A stretch of DNA of 64,000 nt, taken from assembly GCA_021613535.1 (NCBI GenBank), contig CP075495.1:5456001-5520000 (forward strand), in the 5' to 3' direction. The stretch comes from Adineta vaga. Its lineage: Eukaryota > Animalia > Rotifera. How positions within the stretch are numbered: position 1 is the first letter of the stretch; the number at the start of each line of letters is the position of its first letter. The notes beneath the pieces are model-generated. The model made no database searches. It was not told the origin of the DNA and was given only the letters and a program-made list of their open reading frames with translations. Positions 45,801-59,316 of the stretch are shown here, piece by piece. A program made the translations under genes and the position numbers.

Positions 45801-48800
45801 AACATCTTTCTCATGGAATACTCACTTCTGTTGAAGAGACATGTTGTTCTTTTGAATGCTCTCCGTCAGAGTTGATACTGTGAAATTTTTCACTAAGCGT
45901 CGTTAATGGATGTGTAATCACATCACGAATTATTTCAAAGGTCGTTTTCGTTTCCGCAGATGTATCCACATCTGTCTTGTCGGTCATTGTTGTTGTTTCA
46001 GCTTGCAATATTTCTTGTGTATCTGTTTGTTCAGATTCAGTATCATGGGGTATCACAGTATGTTCTGTAATTGTTGTCAAGGTATTCTGTTCATCATCTT
46101 TCTTTTCTGTTAATGAAAGATGTCCTGTTGCTTGGTCGATCGATGCTATCTCCTAAATATCTCGATAAGTGTAAGAATTATATGTTGTTATTTTAGAAAA
46201 TCACTTACGAATGGTTCAGTTAGTGTTGTGTTTTGTTCAGAAGAAAGAGCAATCGGTGATGACGTTTGATCATCATATTCGATACTATGAGATGGCACTA
46301 AACTATCGATTGTTGTGTCTTCAGTTGATGGTTCAACAAACTAAATTTCAATCAAATATTTATAAGCAAATTTCCTCTAATAATACAACTTACTGGTGTA
46401 TCTGCAGAAGAAGATTCCATTTCCTAAATATTTATAATTACTCATTTATATGAATACTTTTATAACACTTTGAATTTACCGATATAGATGATGATGAAAA
46501 TTCTGCTATTGTTGGCATTGTTTCTTGTTTTTCATTTTGTTCAGTCACGTCTTCAAGAGGGGCACTAGTGGCGTCTGATGATGTCGAAACTGTAGTATCA
46601 GCAATTAAACTAACATCTCGTTCTTTCGATGTAGTATCTGCAGCAATACTAAGTTCATCATCTTTGTGAGCATCTGTGGATGATGCATTGGTTGTTTCTA
46701 CATCTTGAATACTTTTTGAAACTGTTTTTTGTGTATGATCCAATTTCGAAGACGATGTCTCCTCAGGTTCTACGTTTGATTGATCATTGATGTTTTGATC
46801 AGAAGAGCTGATAGTTACTGAAGAGAGTTCTTGTTTATCCGACTGCAAATTGGATATAGCTTCTTGAATTGTTTCACTTATAGCTGTAATTGGTGTTGAA
46901 ATTGTTTCACCAAGACTTTCCAATATTGTTTTTGATTCTTCTAAAGTATCTATCACGGGATTCTCCTATTAAATAATAGTTTAAACTAGTTGACAAAATA
47001 ATTAAACATTTTTATGTTACCTGTTCGATTTGAGTATTACTATTACTGACTTCTACGTTTGTATCACTTTCAGTTTTCGATGGACTAGGTACAGTTGTTG
47101 TTTGCATACTGGAAATAACACTTTGGATAGTTTCAATGAGTGGTGTAATTGGTGTTGAAATAGAATCTCGAAGAGCAGTAAAGAGAGATTTTGTCGTACT
47201 ATCCTGATCTACTTCTAAAGTATTATCCTAATTAAGAAAATACAATATGTTTATAAACATATATGCCGTTGAAAAATAATAAGACTTACTAATAAAAAGA
47301 GCTTATGATCACCCAGATATCCATGATAAACATCGCTGCTGATAAAGCGATTTGTCACTGTATCTGGAAGTGTATCGATCGGACTGACAATTACTGGTTG
47401 TAATACTAGAGCTGTTTTTTCAACAATTGATTCATCAGATTCATGTGATACATTTGCTGGAATCTGTTGAGACGGTTCGACTTTGTGCTCGTCACTCGAT
47501 GCATCTTCATTTGGTTCTATCTTTTCGCATCGTACATCAATAGGACTAGGTGAACGAGCCGATTGTTCAATATCTTCTAAATGTGACTCAATTAAGTTTG
47601 ATGTACTAAGTCGTTGTTTAGAAGAAGTAGATTGTGAATTAGAAGAGTCCATTGCATTAATATGTTGATCAATTGGAGTAGAGGCGGTAATAGACGATTC
47701 AATAGAAGACTGTGAATCAGTAGTTTGATCTTGAGTTATTTTTGATTGATTGGCAGTTGTATTCTCATCACCTATGGTTGTAAACATTGAGGACTCAGAA
47801 GCGCTACTTTCTTCTGTTAAAGTAGGACTCATTGAACTTTCATCATCTTCGTTATCGACAACTGTTTCATCCCATGCATGTTACATGTTTTGCAGATTTT
47901 TTGCTTGATCCATCATCATCTGTGAATGATTCCTCTATTTCATCCATCACGCCTGTATCATTTGGAACGCTTGATAATAAGCCTGTCTGTTGTTGAATAA
48001 ACTCATCGATAGCCGTCTTTTCTTCTGATGTTGATTCATTTGTGATAATAACCGCTGAAGACGTTTGTTCTTGTTGTTGTTCAGGCGATGAAGTCGATGT
48101 ATCCTCAATGTCTTCGCTCTTTATTTCCATGGATGTAGATTCCGTTTCAAGTTGATCTACAACTGACATTTTGGTTTCTTCTGCTGTTTCGTCTTTTGAT
48201 GCTGGCGAAACTTGTTGTTCATCAGTAGAGACAATGGTTGTTGCTTCATTTTGTTCTTCACTTGTTGCTGTCTGTGAATCTTTACTTTCTTCCTGATGTG
48301 TCGATGCTGTTGATAAAACCTGTTGTTCATCTTCCTTTTTATCTGCTGTCGATTCTTCTTGATTTTTTACAGTAGTTTGTTGGTCATCCGCAAATGTTGT
48401 TGTTGCTGTTTCTTCTTTCTTTTCTTCTACCTGTTCATCTTTGGATGCTGACGAAACTTGTTGTTCATTAGTAGAGACAACGGTTGTTGCTTCATCTTGT
48501 TCTTCAATTGGTTCCATCTGCAAATCTTTACTTTCTTCCTGATGTGTCGATGTTAATGATAAAATCTGTTGTTCATCTTCCTTTTTATCTGCTGTCGATT
48601 CTTCTTGATTTTTTATAGTAGTTTGTTGGTCATCCGCAAATGTTGATGTTGTTGTTTCTTCTTCTTTCTTCTCTTGTGTGAACAATGATTCCGTTTTAGA
48701 TTGATCGATGATGGGAGCTTTCGTTTCTTCTACCTGTTCATCTGTAGAGATATCTGTTACATTTTCGTCTTTCTTCTCAGTAGTTGTTAAAGTGTGTTGT

Positions 48801-50382
48801 GGTGTTGACGAGACTTCTGTTTCGCTTTCTTCTTCGGATTCTTTAGTTGTCGATATGGTTTGAGAAACTTCATTTTTTTCCTCTTCAACTCCTGGAAGAG
48901 TTTGATGTTTAGCTAATGGTGATCGCTTGATGTCTTCGTCTATAGATACTGGTTTGTTTTGAGTATCTGATGGTGATAAAATTTCAGTATCGAGATCAGA
49001 TATGGCAGTAACAATTTTATCATAGGAATCTTCACGAATTAGATGATTCGATTTTGCTTGTGATTGTTGTGACAATTGATTTTCAATACGTTGATTTGGT
49101 AAGGTCGGTGAATCATCTGATGACAACTGATAGTCGAGTACACTTTTACCTGGACTCATACTACTTATCGTAGAACTTAATGGCGATACACTAGCAAGAA
49201 CTTCAGAGATTTGATTAATTAATGAATCGTACTTGTTTAGTGTATTTTCAAGAATTCGAATAGGTGCTGAGGCAGCATCAACTAAATTACCAGTAGACGC
49301 CGATTCTTTCTCAATTTGAGATATTACGTCAGTAGCAGGAGTTTCAGGTGATGGATTAACAAATGGCGATGGCTTAGTCACTAGTGATGTTCGAATATCT
49401 TCATCAGGTTGAAAAAGAAGTGTTTCAGGACGACTAAGTGGTTTTTCAACATTTGGAGTTGGTGAAATTGTCCGTTCAATCGTATTGAATTGATTGATGT
49501 TAGATGAAGTTAATAATGGAGTTGATTCAAATGGCTTATACGAAGTATACGATGATTGTGTAGATAATGTTGAGTCAAAGAGCGTAGTATCTATATTGGA
49601 TGGTGGATACGACTGAACAGAATAAGGAGCCATTGGTTTATATATACTTTCGTATGCTGTTTCGAGTCGATTAAAACTTGAGAATGTAGAAGTCGATGTT
49701 GGTGAACGAAGTGACGTTGAATAATTCGATGTAAATGTTTGAGATTCAGGTGAAAAATATTGTTTACTTGAAAATGGTTCGTATGATGTTGTTTTTTCGG
49801 GAATGTAGCTTTCCGAATATGTAAAACTTCCAGACGATGAAGGTAATGTAGGTTTAGTAAATGTAGTCGATCTTTGATTATTATGTATAGTATCAAAATA
49901 AGTTTGGCTCGGTTTCATTGAACTACTTGTAAATATTGGTATATTTGTTGGTTTCAGTGGAATTGGAGCTGAATTAGCAAATATAGAGGTACTTAATCGA
50001 TGGATATGTCTTTTTGGAATTGATTTTGAAGCAAATGTAGATAGATATGCATCAGTATAATCTGAACTTGGTGGTGTAACGGCTTTCGGTTGTTGTTGAC
50101 CTCGCATTTCACCCGTACCGAAAAACGTGACGGTCTTTACTTTACGAGAATAATTATTACTACTATTAATACTGTTATTATCATTCTCATTCCATTGATA
50201 AGTACCTATACGATCATTTACAGGAATCCATTGAACATTTAAACTAATCATAGCTGGACGGCGTCGATAATCACCATAGACCTGATCAAAAATTGTCGTT
50301 TCCGTTCGTGATGAAGATAAAGACTGAGTAGATAGAGAAGGTGTTAATGTAAAGTTATTTCTGACAACAGCAGCACCATCAC
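42885..50382 (-). CDS. Giant Ser/Thr/Glu/Asp-rich IF tail module (~11 exons, roughly 2,200 aa; 4-nt frameshift at 47873-47880)
   Basis: Begins at a phase-1 acceptor (50383-50384) and ends at a phase-1 donor (42883-42884); internal junctions checked are phase 0; low-complexity acidic content. Confidence 0.75.
48190..48672 (-). repeat. Tandem 246-bp (82-aa) in-frame duplication
   Basis: TFADDQQTT(I/V)KNQEESTADKKEDEQQ..STHQEESKD..EATT..ST.EQQVS.ASKDE occurs twice; tcctgatgtg at 48291 and 48537. Confidence 0.9.
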
Positions 50383-50698
50383 CTGTAAACAGAATTTCGA
50401 AAATGAAAACTATCCTTTAGTTTATTAGCTCCTTGCATAAGATCATGCATTTCAATTGTGAATCATTCTTCAATCAATCATTCATTTCATCATGCTTTGT
50501 GTATATTATGCTTCAGCTGAAACTAAGTGTATTGAGAAAGAAAAAAAGAGAATAAAAAGCTATGGCTAGTTTAAAATTAGATAAGAATAGTAAACTGAAC
50601 TAAAAGCAAGGTAAGAAAAATGAATATAGATATTATAATAGAAGAATATATCACTGGCGACAACATGTAAGATATGTTCGATTAAAGTCCAATTCTTG

Positions 50699-51477
50699 TC
50701 AAGCATCAAGTGCTTTGAGTCGTAAAGCTAATGCACCTTCAGGCTCAAGTGTAAACCAATCGTCGATTAAATTTCCATCATCTAAATTATAATTAGCCAA
50801 TGTAACCAATGCTTGACCCATGAAAACTTTTTCAGTTGAAAATAATGAACGATCATTTTTAACAGTCAGATCCAAGGTTTTTAACTTGGCTTCTTCATAT
50901 GTCATATCATATTCGAATGTTTCATCAAAAACTGGTGCTAATGTATCTTTCATAATTCGTGTACGTCGTTTGGTTTTCTTGCGTTTGTCAGGTAATAATA
51001 ATACACGTACATACGGATCTGACAGACTATTCTTATCCGTATTAATCAAATCACGTGCTTCATAAACACGTACAGCAAGTTTACCACGTGTCCGATCATA
51101 ACGTATACCACAACGAATTTGACCATAGCCTTCATCTTTACGTGATGTTGGTAAACGATCACGTCGATCATGTGGATCTTCTAAGGATGAATCATCACCT
51201 TCTGTACCAGGTCGACCACTAGAACTTCGATCTACTGATCCACTTTGATCTCGAAGTCGGTTAAGTGCACTATTACTTCGATTGGGTTCTTCTCGTATTG
51301 TTGGTGGATGTCGATCATTGCTACCGCCACGAATATTATCACCAGATGAACTAGTTCCTGCACCATATCGATAAAATTCTTCTCGACTACGATTTCCGCC
51401 AACATAATCATTACCACCAACACCTCGACGATTTCCACTTGAATCACGTTCAATTGATGATGATCTATCATCTGACT
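50699..51477 (-). CDS. Terminal exon: Arg/Gly/Ser/Asp linker plus extended-synaptotagmin C2C-like C2 domain
   Basis: GQIRCGIRY..KLAVRVYEARDL..SDPYVRVLLLPDKRKKTKRRT..KDTLAPVFDETFEY..LDLTVKN..MGQALV..WFTL. Phase-1 acceptor at 51478-51479; no in-frame ATG before the C2 core. Confidence 0.85.
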
Positions 51478-52623
51478 CTATAAGGAGTACAGTATTCTTT
51501 GTATTTTATTTAATTAAAATGTACGACGATACACAATCACAAGGACATTGTAACAATAACAACGATGACGACGACGACAATGATAATAATAAAGATGATG
51601 ACGAAAAGAATATCGATTACAAATTGTTTCAATTAACAATATTTTCCGTTCGAGTCTCAATCACTTATTCTATGTAAAGAGAGAAAGGTTCCCGAACGGA
51701 AAAACGTTCTCACAAGAATACATAGTAGTAAAATTATATGTGATACTTTTTCAAACACCAATTATTTATTTGTTAACTAACTAAATACAATATTGAATGG
51801 GCGAACAAAATCACAACAATGAACAAGCAAGAGAAGGAAAGAGGAGAAGCGGTGCAAACATGCAAATCTCTGCTCCTTCAAAAGAAAAATATCTTGAAAA
51901 GAATTTTCTCCATTCTTCTTCTTCTTCTTCTTTGTCTGTTGTATGGAAAAAGAAGAAGAAGAGCAAATCTTGTTTTTCTTTTCTTTTCTATACTTTTTCA
52001 ATTTATGAAAAAAAACGAGCGTCTACAAATTGACGAAATACATGTCATTTTCTTGTCATGTCATTTTCTACTCGTTTGGTTTGGAATGAAAAGAGAAGAC
52101 TCTAATGAAGGAAAGAAAAGCAAACAAATGTTTAGTGTTCCACATTGCTAACAGAAATTAAACGAAACGAAACGAAACGAATACACTTGACTAGCGAATA
52201 AAACTAAGTTATATTTATATGTATATTGTATTTCAAGAGAATATATTGGAATCATGATGATAATCATGTTCTGCCAGTCGTACCTAGAAAAATAAATCAT
52301 AGGATGGATGATGGATGGATCGATAAATGATTTCATTTCACAATTATTCTTTCTGCTCGATTGAAATTCTAAAATGAATCTCGCTTATCTTTTAGACGAA
52401 AGATTGACATTTAATCGTATTTATATGTAATCATTACTCTTTTCTTTTGTCAAGGTTGACCTTCTGTAATTATCGATAAGTTTTTTCAAACTTTTAACAT
52501 ATTTCTTTTTGAAGGATAGTGCAAAGAAAATACAAAGCAAGGATAAGAAGATATCCAGCATGCAATATGTGCATTATATCACAACGAGCAACATTACATA
52601 GTGCATTTTATTTTTTCGCTTAC

Positions 52624-55241
52624 CTTGACCACCACTCGTTGTTCGATAAGAACGTGAATATGAATATGATGAAGCACCGGCGCCACCGCTACCACCACCG
52701 GCACCACCACCGGCACTAGCTCCGCCACCGCTGCCGCCACCAGCACCACCGGAAGCAGCGAAATCTGATCGTGCTTGTTCTTCAACATGAGAGACTATTT
52801 GTTTCAAACCTCCTCTGAAAAGATGAAATCACTTTTTTTATGTATATCTAAATATTCTTTCAATCATACCTATTTTCTTCTCCTTCCAATAGTTTTCTAT
52901 AGATTGCAATTTCTGCATCAAGTGACGATTTCGTTGTTACCAATTCATCATAATCACGTCCTAATTCTTCTAATCGAGCTCGTAATTCTTGAATTTCACG
53001 ATCACGTTCATTGGATGCTTGAACACCTTCACGTCGTTCAATTTGTACCAGTTCTTCTAATTCTTGAATACGATTTTCTAATTCTCCATTCTAAATTCAA
53101 ATCATTTTGTGATATTATTTTCTGTTCGCCTCTACGATATAATATATATTTACTCTTTGACGCATAGCTGAAATATCTGTTCGTGAATCAGTTACTAATG
53201 TTCGTAATTTTTTAATTTCTTCTCGTTCACGAACACTTTCTGGTCCTTCAATTGCACGACGAGCTTGTACTTCTTGTACCTATTTTAAAATTAAAATCTT
53301 TAAAATATCGATATAATAATTACAAATTTATATCTTACCGCTTGTGTAACTTTCATACGATACCAGGATTCTAATTCATTACGTTGTTGACTATTAAGTT
53401 GCTCATATTCTTCTCGAATATCACGTATAGCATTGGATAATTCATGTTTGAAAAAATTCGAAGGATCCAAAGCTGTTCCAATTAGATTCGCATGTTTTAA
53501 TTCTTCAATTTCTTGTGCATGAATTTGTTTTAAGAAATTAATTTCTTCTTCTAGACTTTGTTTTTCATTTTCTAATTGAACACGAGCAATTGTTTCATGA
53601 TCTAAATCTTCTGTGACACGTTGAATATCTAAGATAAGCTTTTGAGATTCAGCACGATAACGTTTTTGCTCATCTTCCAAATCAACTAAATACGAAAAAG
53701 AAGTTTGATATTTTATGATTAGATAAATAAATATGATATAAATTAATTTACCTAAACGACGTCGAAATAGATTAAGATCTGCTTCATTGTCGGCTAGTTG
53801 TTTTTGTAATGCTTCAACTTTTTGTCGATCGGCATCTCTTGAAGCTAATAAAGTTTCATATCTATCGAAGAAATTATTAAACAATGTAATAAGAAGAATA
53901 AGATATATATGAATGAATATGAACATACTTGTCTTTATATCTTAATGTTTCTTCTTCGGCACGTTTAGCACGAAGTTCCGCTGTTGCTCGATCTTTTGAA
54001 GTTTCATCAATAATACGACGAGCTTCACGTATTTCAACTTCATACATATCCTTAACTTTACTTGTTTCTGAACCCCATTTTCCCCTATTGAAATAATTAT
54101 ATAATTCATCAAAATAGATGAATATAGATTTACCGTAAATGTTCCAATTCAAGTTGAAGCTTCTTATTGAGTGCTTCCAAATATCGCACACGTTCAATGT
54201 ATGATGCAAAACGATCATTAAGATGACTTAATTCTCGTTTTTCACGTTCACGATTTTCTCTTTAATAAAGAAAAAAAAATAGTTGATTTTATTTTATTCC
54301 TATACACAAGGGAATAGCTAAGAATAGTATTTCTTTTCAATTAGTCAAGACAAAACACCTATGAAATCTCTAGAGATATAAATTTTTCACTAAACACTTC
54401 ACTTATGTAGAAACTAAAACTTCTCCCATGTGTAACTCTTGTACCATAGAAATTTTTCAAGCTTAGATCTATAAGAAAAGTTTTTTTCCTGACACGACAA
54501 CCTTCGAATAATATTTAAATTATGATGGAAAAAAATTGTTTTTTTTTCTGTTGAAGACAACACGCTTATATCACAATTCCTCAAACTATTATTTTTCAAC
54601 AGTTGTATTGTTTTTGTTTATCATACTAGTTGTTAAATAACATTCTGGACATGCACACATCCATGTCGGCAGCATCTAACATTAGTCTAACATATGGTAT
54701 CATGCGCAGTTGGACTTTCTCTTCACACTATCCCCCCCGATCAAATTACATCCTTATGAGAAGAAGGCGGGTATCACTACTACTGTAGTAGTCAGTGATC
54801 AAACTAGCTAATCAGAGAACGAACACGCGTACATATCGGTGATTAATCGATTCATTTTTATGCAATAGTACGATGGAATTTGAACAGAACATGTATAAAA
54901 AAAATTTTTGCTCATTTAACTTACTGAATAGCTACAACAGCCGCTGATTTGCCACCTGGTTTAAGTGGAACACCAGGACCACTACCATAGGCATAGAAAC
55001 GTTCCATCATAATATTATTGGATGATGGTACAACTCGATTTGTTGTAATATTTGTAGGACGTGGAGCAATTTGTGAACGATAATGAATCGTTTCTTCTTC
55101 ATCTATTCGTTGCGGTTGAGATGAAGATGAAGAAGGATCACGACGTTGATCTCGTTCATCACGATCACCTCCACGATCATTACCACCACCACCACCACCA
55201 CCACGACGATCAGAATCTCGATTATTACCACGATTATCCAT
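52624..55241 (-). CDS. Cytoplasmic intermediate filament protein 1, head and rod (tail supplied by downstream alternative exons)
   Basis: [16 protein letters not shown], long coil 1[33 protein letters not shown], Gly-rich spacer, then donor CAAG|gtaagc at 52624/52623. Confidence 0.95.
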
Positions 55242-58200
55242 GGATTGAAGAAATTTTGGTGAAACTAAAATAATAAATGAATCCAATGATATTTCTTTAT
55301 AATAGAATATTCATCGTAAATAATTCTACTTGCCCTCTTTTCCTATGAAAATATATAACGGAAAGCAAATTTATAAATAATGAGCGTTCGATGCAAGAAA
55401 TGCGTAGACTTCGATCTTTAGAAAAAAAATAATATATGCTGACGTTGAAACGAGGTTTTTTTCGAAGAGTTTCCTCTGGGAAAAGTGGAAGTTTTTTTTT
55501 TATTCTCCTTCTTCTTTGTTTCAAACCACAATAACTAGCACTAGCCACCGAAGAAGATCAGAGACACAAATCGAGAAAAATACCAAGCAATTTCTCTAGA
55601 CTCTCTCCTTTCCTTTCTGTCTTACCGCGTTACACAGAGACGAGCAATAATAACTCTTTTCTGCGTTTACGTCTTCTCTTTTCCTTGGCTTCTGCTACTT
55701 GTTTCTGTGAACAAAATATGCGAAACCCATCCTTTGCGGCGATAACTGCGGTAAAAGTGGCATTTCCATCTCCTTCGCCTTTCTCTACTTCTCTTTTTGC
55801 CACTAACATATAAAAAAAAAGAAACTGGTTCAAACTTCCTCTTATTCGCTTCGATAGTAAAAAAAATAAAAAGAAAAAAATTGTGTTTTTTTTTCTTTCA
55901 TTACTCTTTTCTCTTACTCTCTCTCTCTCCCTTGTACCCTCTTCTCTTTATAACAAAGAGAGTTGAAGAGATGTGGTAATTTCATCTGTGATGCATCCTT
56001 TCCCTTTCTCTATCTTTCGATTGCGTGATGATGTACCACAGTGCGTAAAGATCAGTGGTATGTCTATTTATATGATGTGCACTAGCCATCATCATTCAAT
56101 AACAAATAGAAGCAAATTTTATGCAACGATCTGTAATAATAAAATTATTCCTAAATGAATTCGTAGGCGTATATATATATATATGTATGTAGACGGAAAG
56201 TAATGAACGGATTATTTGAATATTCGATCTGAAGAGGGAGAAAAAGAGGGAAGAATGAAAAGGGAAAAAACGAAGAGAGACACATTTATAATAGAAAAGA
56301 CCAAGGGACTGACTAACTCTATTCGGTTAGTTAGAGCAAAACCAATTGAATCTCGAATGCTAAATAGGAGCAGAGCAAAAAAAACACAGAAAAAGAGAAA
56401 CTTTACAGTGACATGTATCTATGAATAAATGATAAGAATGAATATTTCATTTAAGCAAGAAAGCAATCACATAGGCATTGAATGATTTCTGTCTATATAA
56501 GACTATATTGGTGATTGAAAGCTTTTCTTCAATCAACGTAAAACAAAGCTAAGAAATTCACATATCAAATATTTCTAACGACAACATAACAACTCCCTAT
56601 TGACTTTCGATCGTTGACAGAAGATGATGATGATAGATATATTACTTGTAAGTACATATATATATATATATGCACCAACTATGATAAACAAGATGTCTTG
56701 CCTTACGCTGAAAATTCATAGAAAAATAAACACCTGCTATACAATCTCTTCACTATCTAATTACATATTTGAATTAAATTCTACTAGATATAATTAAAAT
56801 TTATTCGAACACGCTATAAGATCATTAAGGAAAAGAAAGAGTTTGTTTCTTCTAAATATATAATATACCATTTCCCAAGTGGAAAATATTTAAATAAATA
56901 GACGACCTTGTAGTAAAAACATATCTATGACGTAATTCTCTTGATAACAAAATTATCTATGGAATATTTTTATATTGTTTATTTATCATTCTTTTACTGA
57001 TAGATGTATTAAAAAAACAAGTCACTCAATATTATTAAACAAGAACTAATTATCAATGTGCATGTATGCATATATTAATTCTTGAAAAATCAATATTCTC
57101 ATTACAAATAGATTACACATATCTATAGACGAATTCATAAATATTTCTTCTACAAATTCTCTATATATAGAAATCTATCTATAGCCTATAACAATCTTTT
57201 TTTATTGACTATTTCAATGACATACCGTAAGGCAATACGTGTGATCAATAGATGTGTCTACCAATCTATCTCTGTCAATAGAGACAAAACTCAGTCCGTA
57301 TTTAGTTGTTTTCTGCCGCCAGACACGATTTTTTCAATACACTGATGATTACATTAGTAGTAGATACGAGTTCGAAGAAGAGAGAGAGAGAAATCCAAAG
57401 AGCTTGTTCCTCTTTTTTTCTCCTCAAAGATTGGCGATTAACGTGTCGAAAGAAAAATATTTTCTCCCCCCTTTTTGCTTCCATTATCATCATTTTCGCC
57501 TTCTACCGTTCTTTCTTTGGCATGTATCGTATATTTTTGTTTGTTCTATCCATAACGCCAAATAAACATAGTTGTGTGTCTTCAACTCGACAAACGTCAT
57601 ATACTCAGGATGGTGTCACTCACAATCATCCTTATGGAACAGAAAGACAAAATAACAACAATATATATGTCAGATGAGAAAGAGATATAACAATTAAGAC
57701 AGTAGGTAGAAACAAAAATCATTAAGATATAGTTGATTTTGGAATCTAAGATCAATGCCATGTTAATATAATGAAGAGAAAATATTTTCAATCTTTTTCT
57801 TTTCGTCTGTTTGGCGTCAGGACTACCGATAAAGTATTTGACAACAATTGTCTCATTAGCATCAGCATTCTTTTTCTTGGACGATGTCATTTCCTGATTG
57901 ATAGGAAAACGAAGAAGTGTGTCTATATACTTGATGCAACGTCGTCAACATTCAAGTATGAAAGAATAAAAGCACAGAACTACCAATCGGAAGACCCGAA
58001 ACTAAGCACGTACTTTCTCCTAATGAAATCTTCTAATATTAAATGATCGTGCGAAAGCATTTTGCGAGAGAAATATGAAGAAATATTGCTTCAAATAAGC
58101 ATATCCTTAATTCTTGAATTCTATCAGATGAATGGTGTCTTTGAAGTAAATATGTCACTGGAAAAGACAGATAACTTAACAATGATCTTTTAAAAGAAAC

Positions 58201-59316
58201 TAATGAGCATTTATAGCCTGTTTTATTTCAGGAAATTACAACCATATCCTGAATAGTCAGATTAACATATATATATTTCAACATTCATAACTAACTAACT
58301 AAACAAATTGCTATTTATATTTCTATTCAATAAGAGGAATTCGTAATTGTTCTGATTTTATATAATCTAGATAATACAATAAATCAATGTGAGAAAAAAA
58401 AGTAGAGTTCTTTCTGTTAAAATAAAAATCGTGTAGTTCCAATGAATGTCAATTACAGTAATAATATTTCTCTCATAGCTCAAACGCTCCAGGCATTTTT
58501 CTCATAACTAAAGATTTAATCGAAAGAATGAAAGGAAAGGTAATGGCATTGACCTATAGAAGAATCAATAACACAAACGGTAGAAGTGTTTCATAACTTT
58601 ACTTTGTCAGTGTCATAAAAATAGTACAGAAATAACATGCAGCATCTAGTGAAATTGTAATCGTTAAAGAACCTCTCTTAGACACAAAACATACTTTTCT
58701 TCTTGCAATAATCATATTGAATAACTGACGTTTACCTCAAAGATTGATTAGTTTCCTTTTCGGTCAATAACGTTGACGTTACTCTTCCGTAAAACTAACA
58801 TCTTATGTCATTATTACTTCAGGCTCTGGTAAAGAAAATTATTAGCACGAGTAACAATATACTCGGTTCATTGATCTATCTACTAAGTCAGAAAAGTAAC
58901 AAAACTATCTTTCCAATATTCATTCAATTGCAAATTCAAGTGGCAAAAAATATCATATCAAAGCTATATCAATTTGATCATATGTATCTATATCCTTCAC
59001 CATTAATTTAGAAATTTTCTCTCTCATTGCAATCAATAATCCATGACCAAAGCAATTGCTTGTGCAAAAAAGAAGCAAAAAAATCACATCTATCTTTCTC
59101 CTCTTTCAACATATACATATATATTGCTAAAAGATAGACCTGAACACCAAAAACATATGTTTTCTGAAACGACATAAAACTTATCTAACTCTCCTTAATA
59201 AACACATACAAACACAGAGAGAGACATAAACTGGATTAAAAATGATGATTATGGGAAAAGTCTTTTTTTTGAATTTTTATTAATTTTTTTGATTCAAATC
59301 TTCTTTCTTCCTTGAT

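Noticed and set aside
50699-51477. Stand-alone extended synaptotagmin gene
   Set aside because: No SMP domain, membrane hairpin or other C2 domains upstream; only the IF rod lies 5' on that strand.
55297-59011. Numerous 60-120 aa ORFs between IF1 and IF2
   Set aside because: Derived from A/T and GA/CT runs, overlapping on both strands, no motifs; likely regulatory or intergenic DNA.
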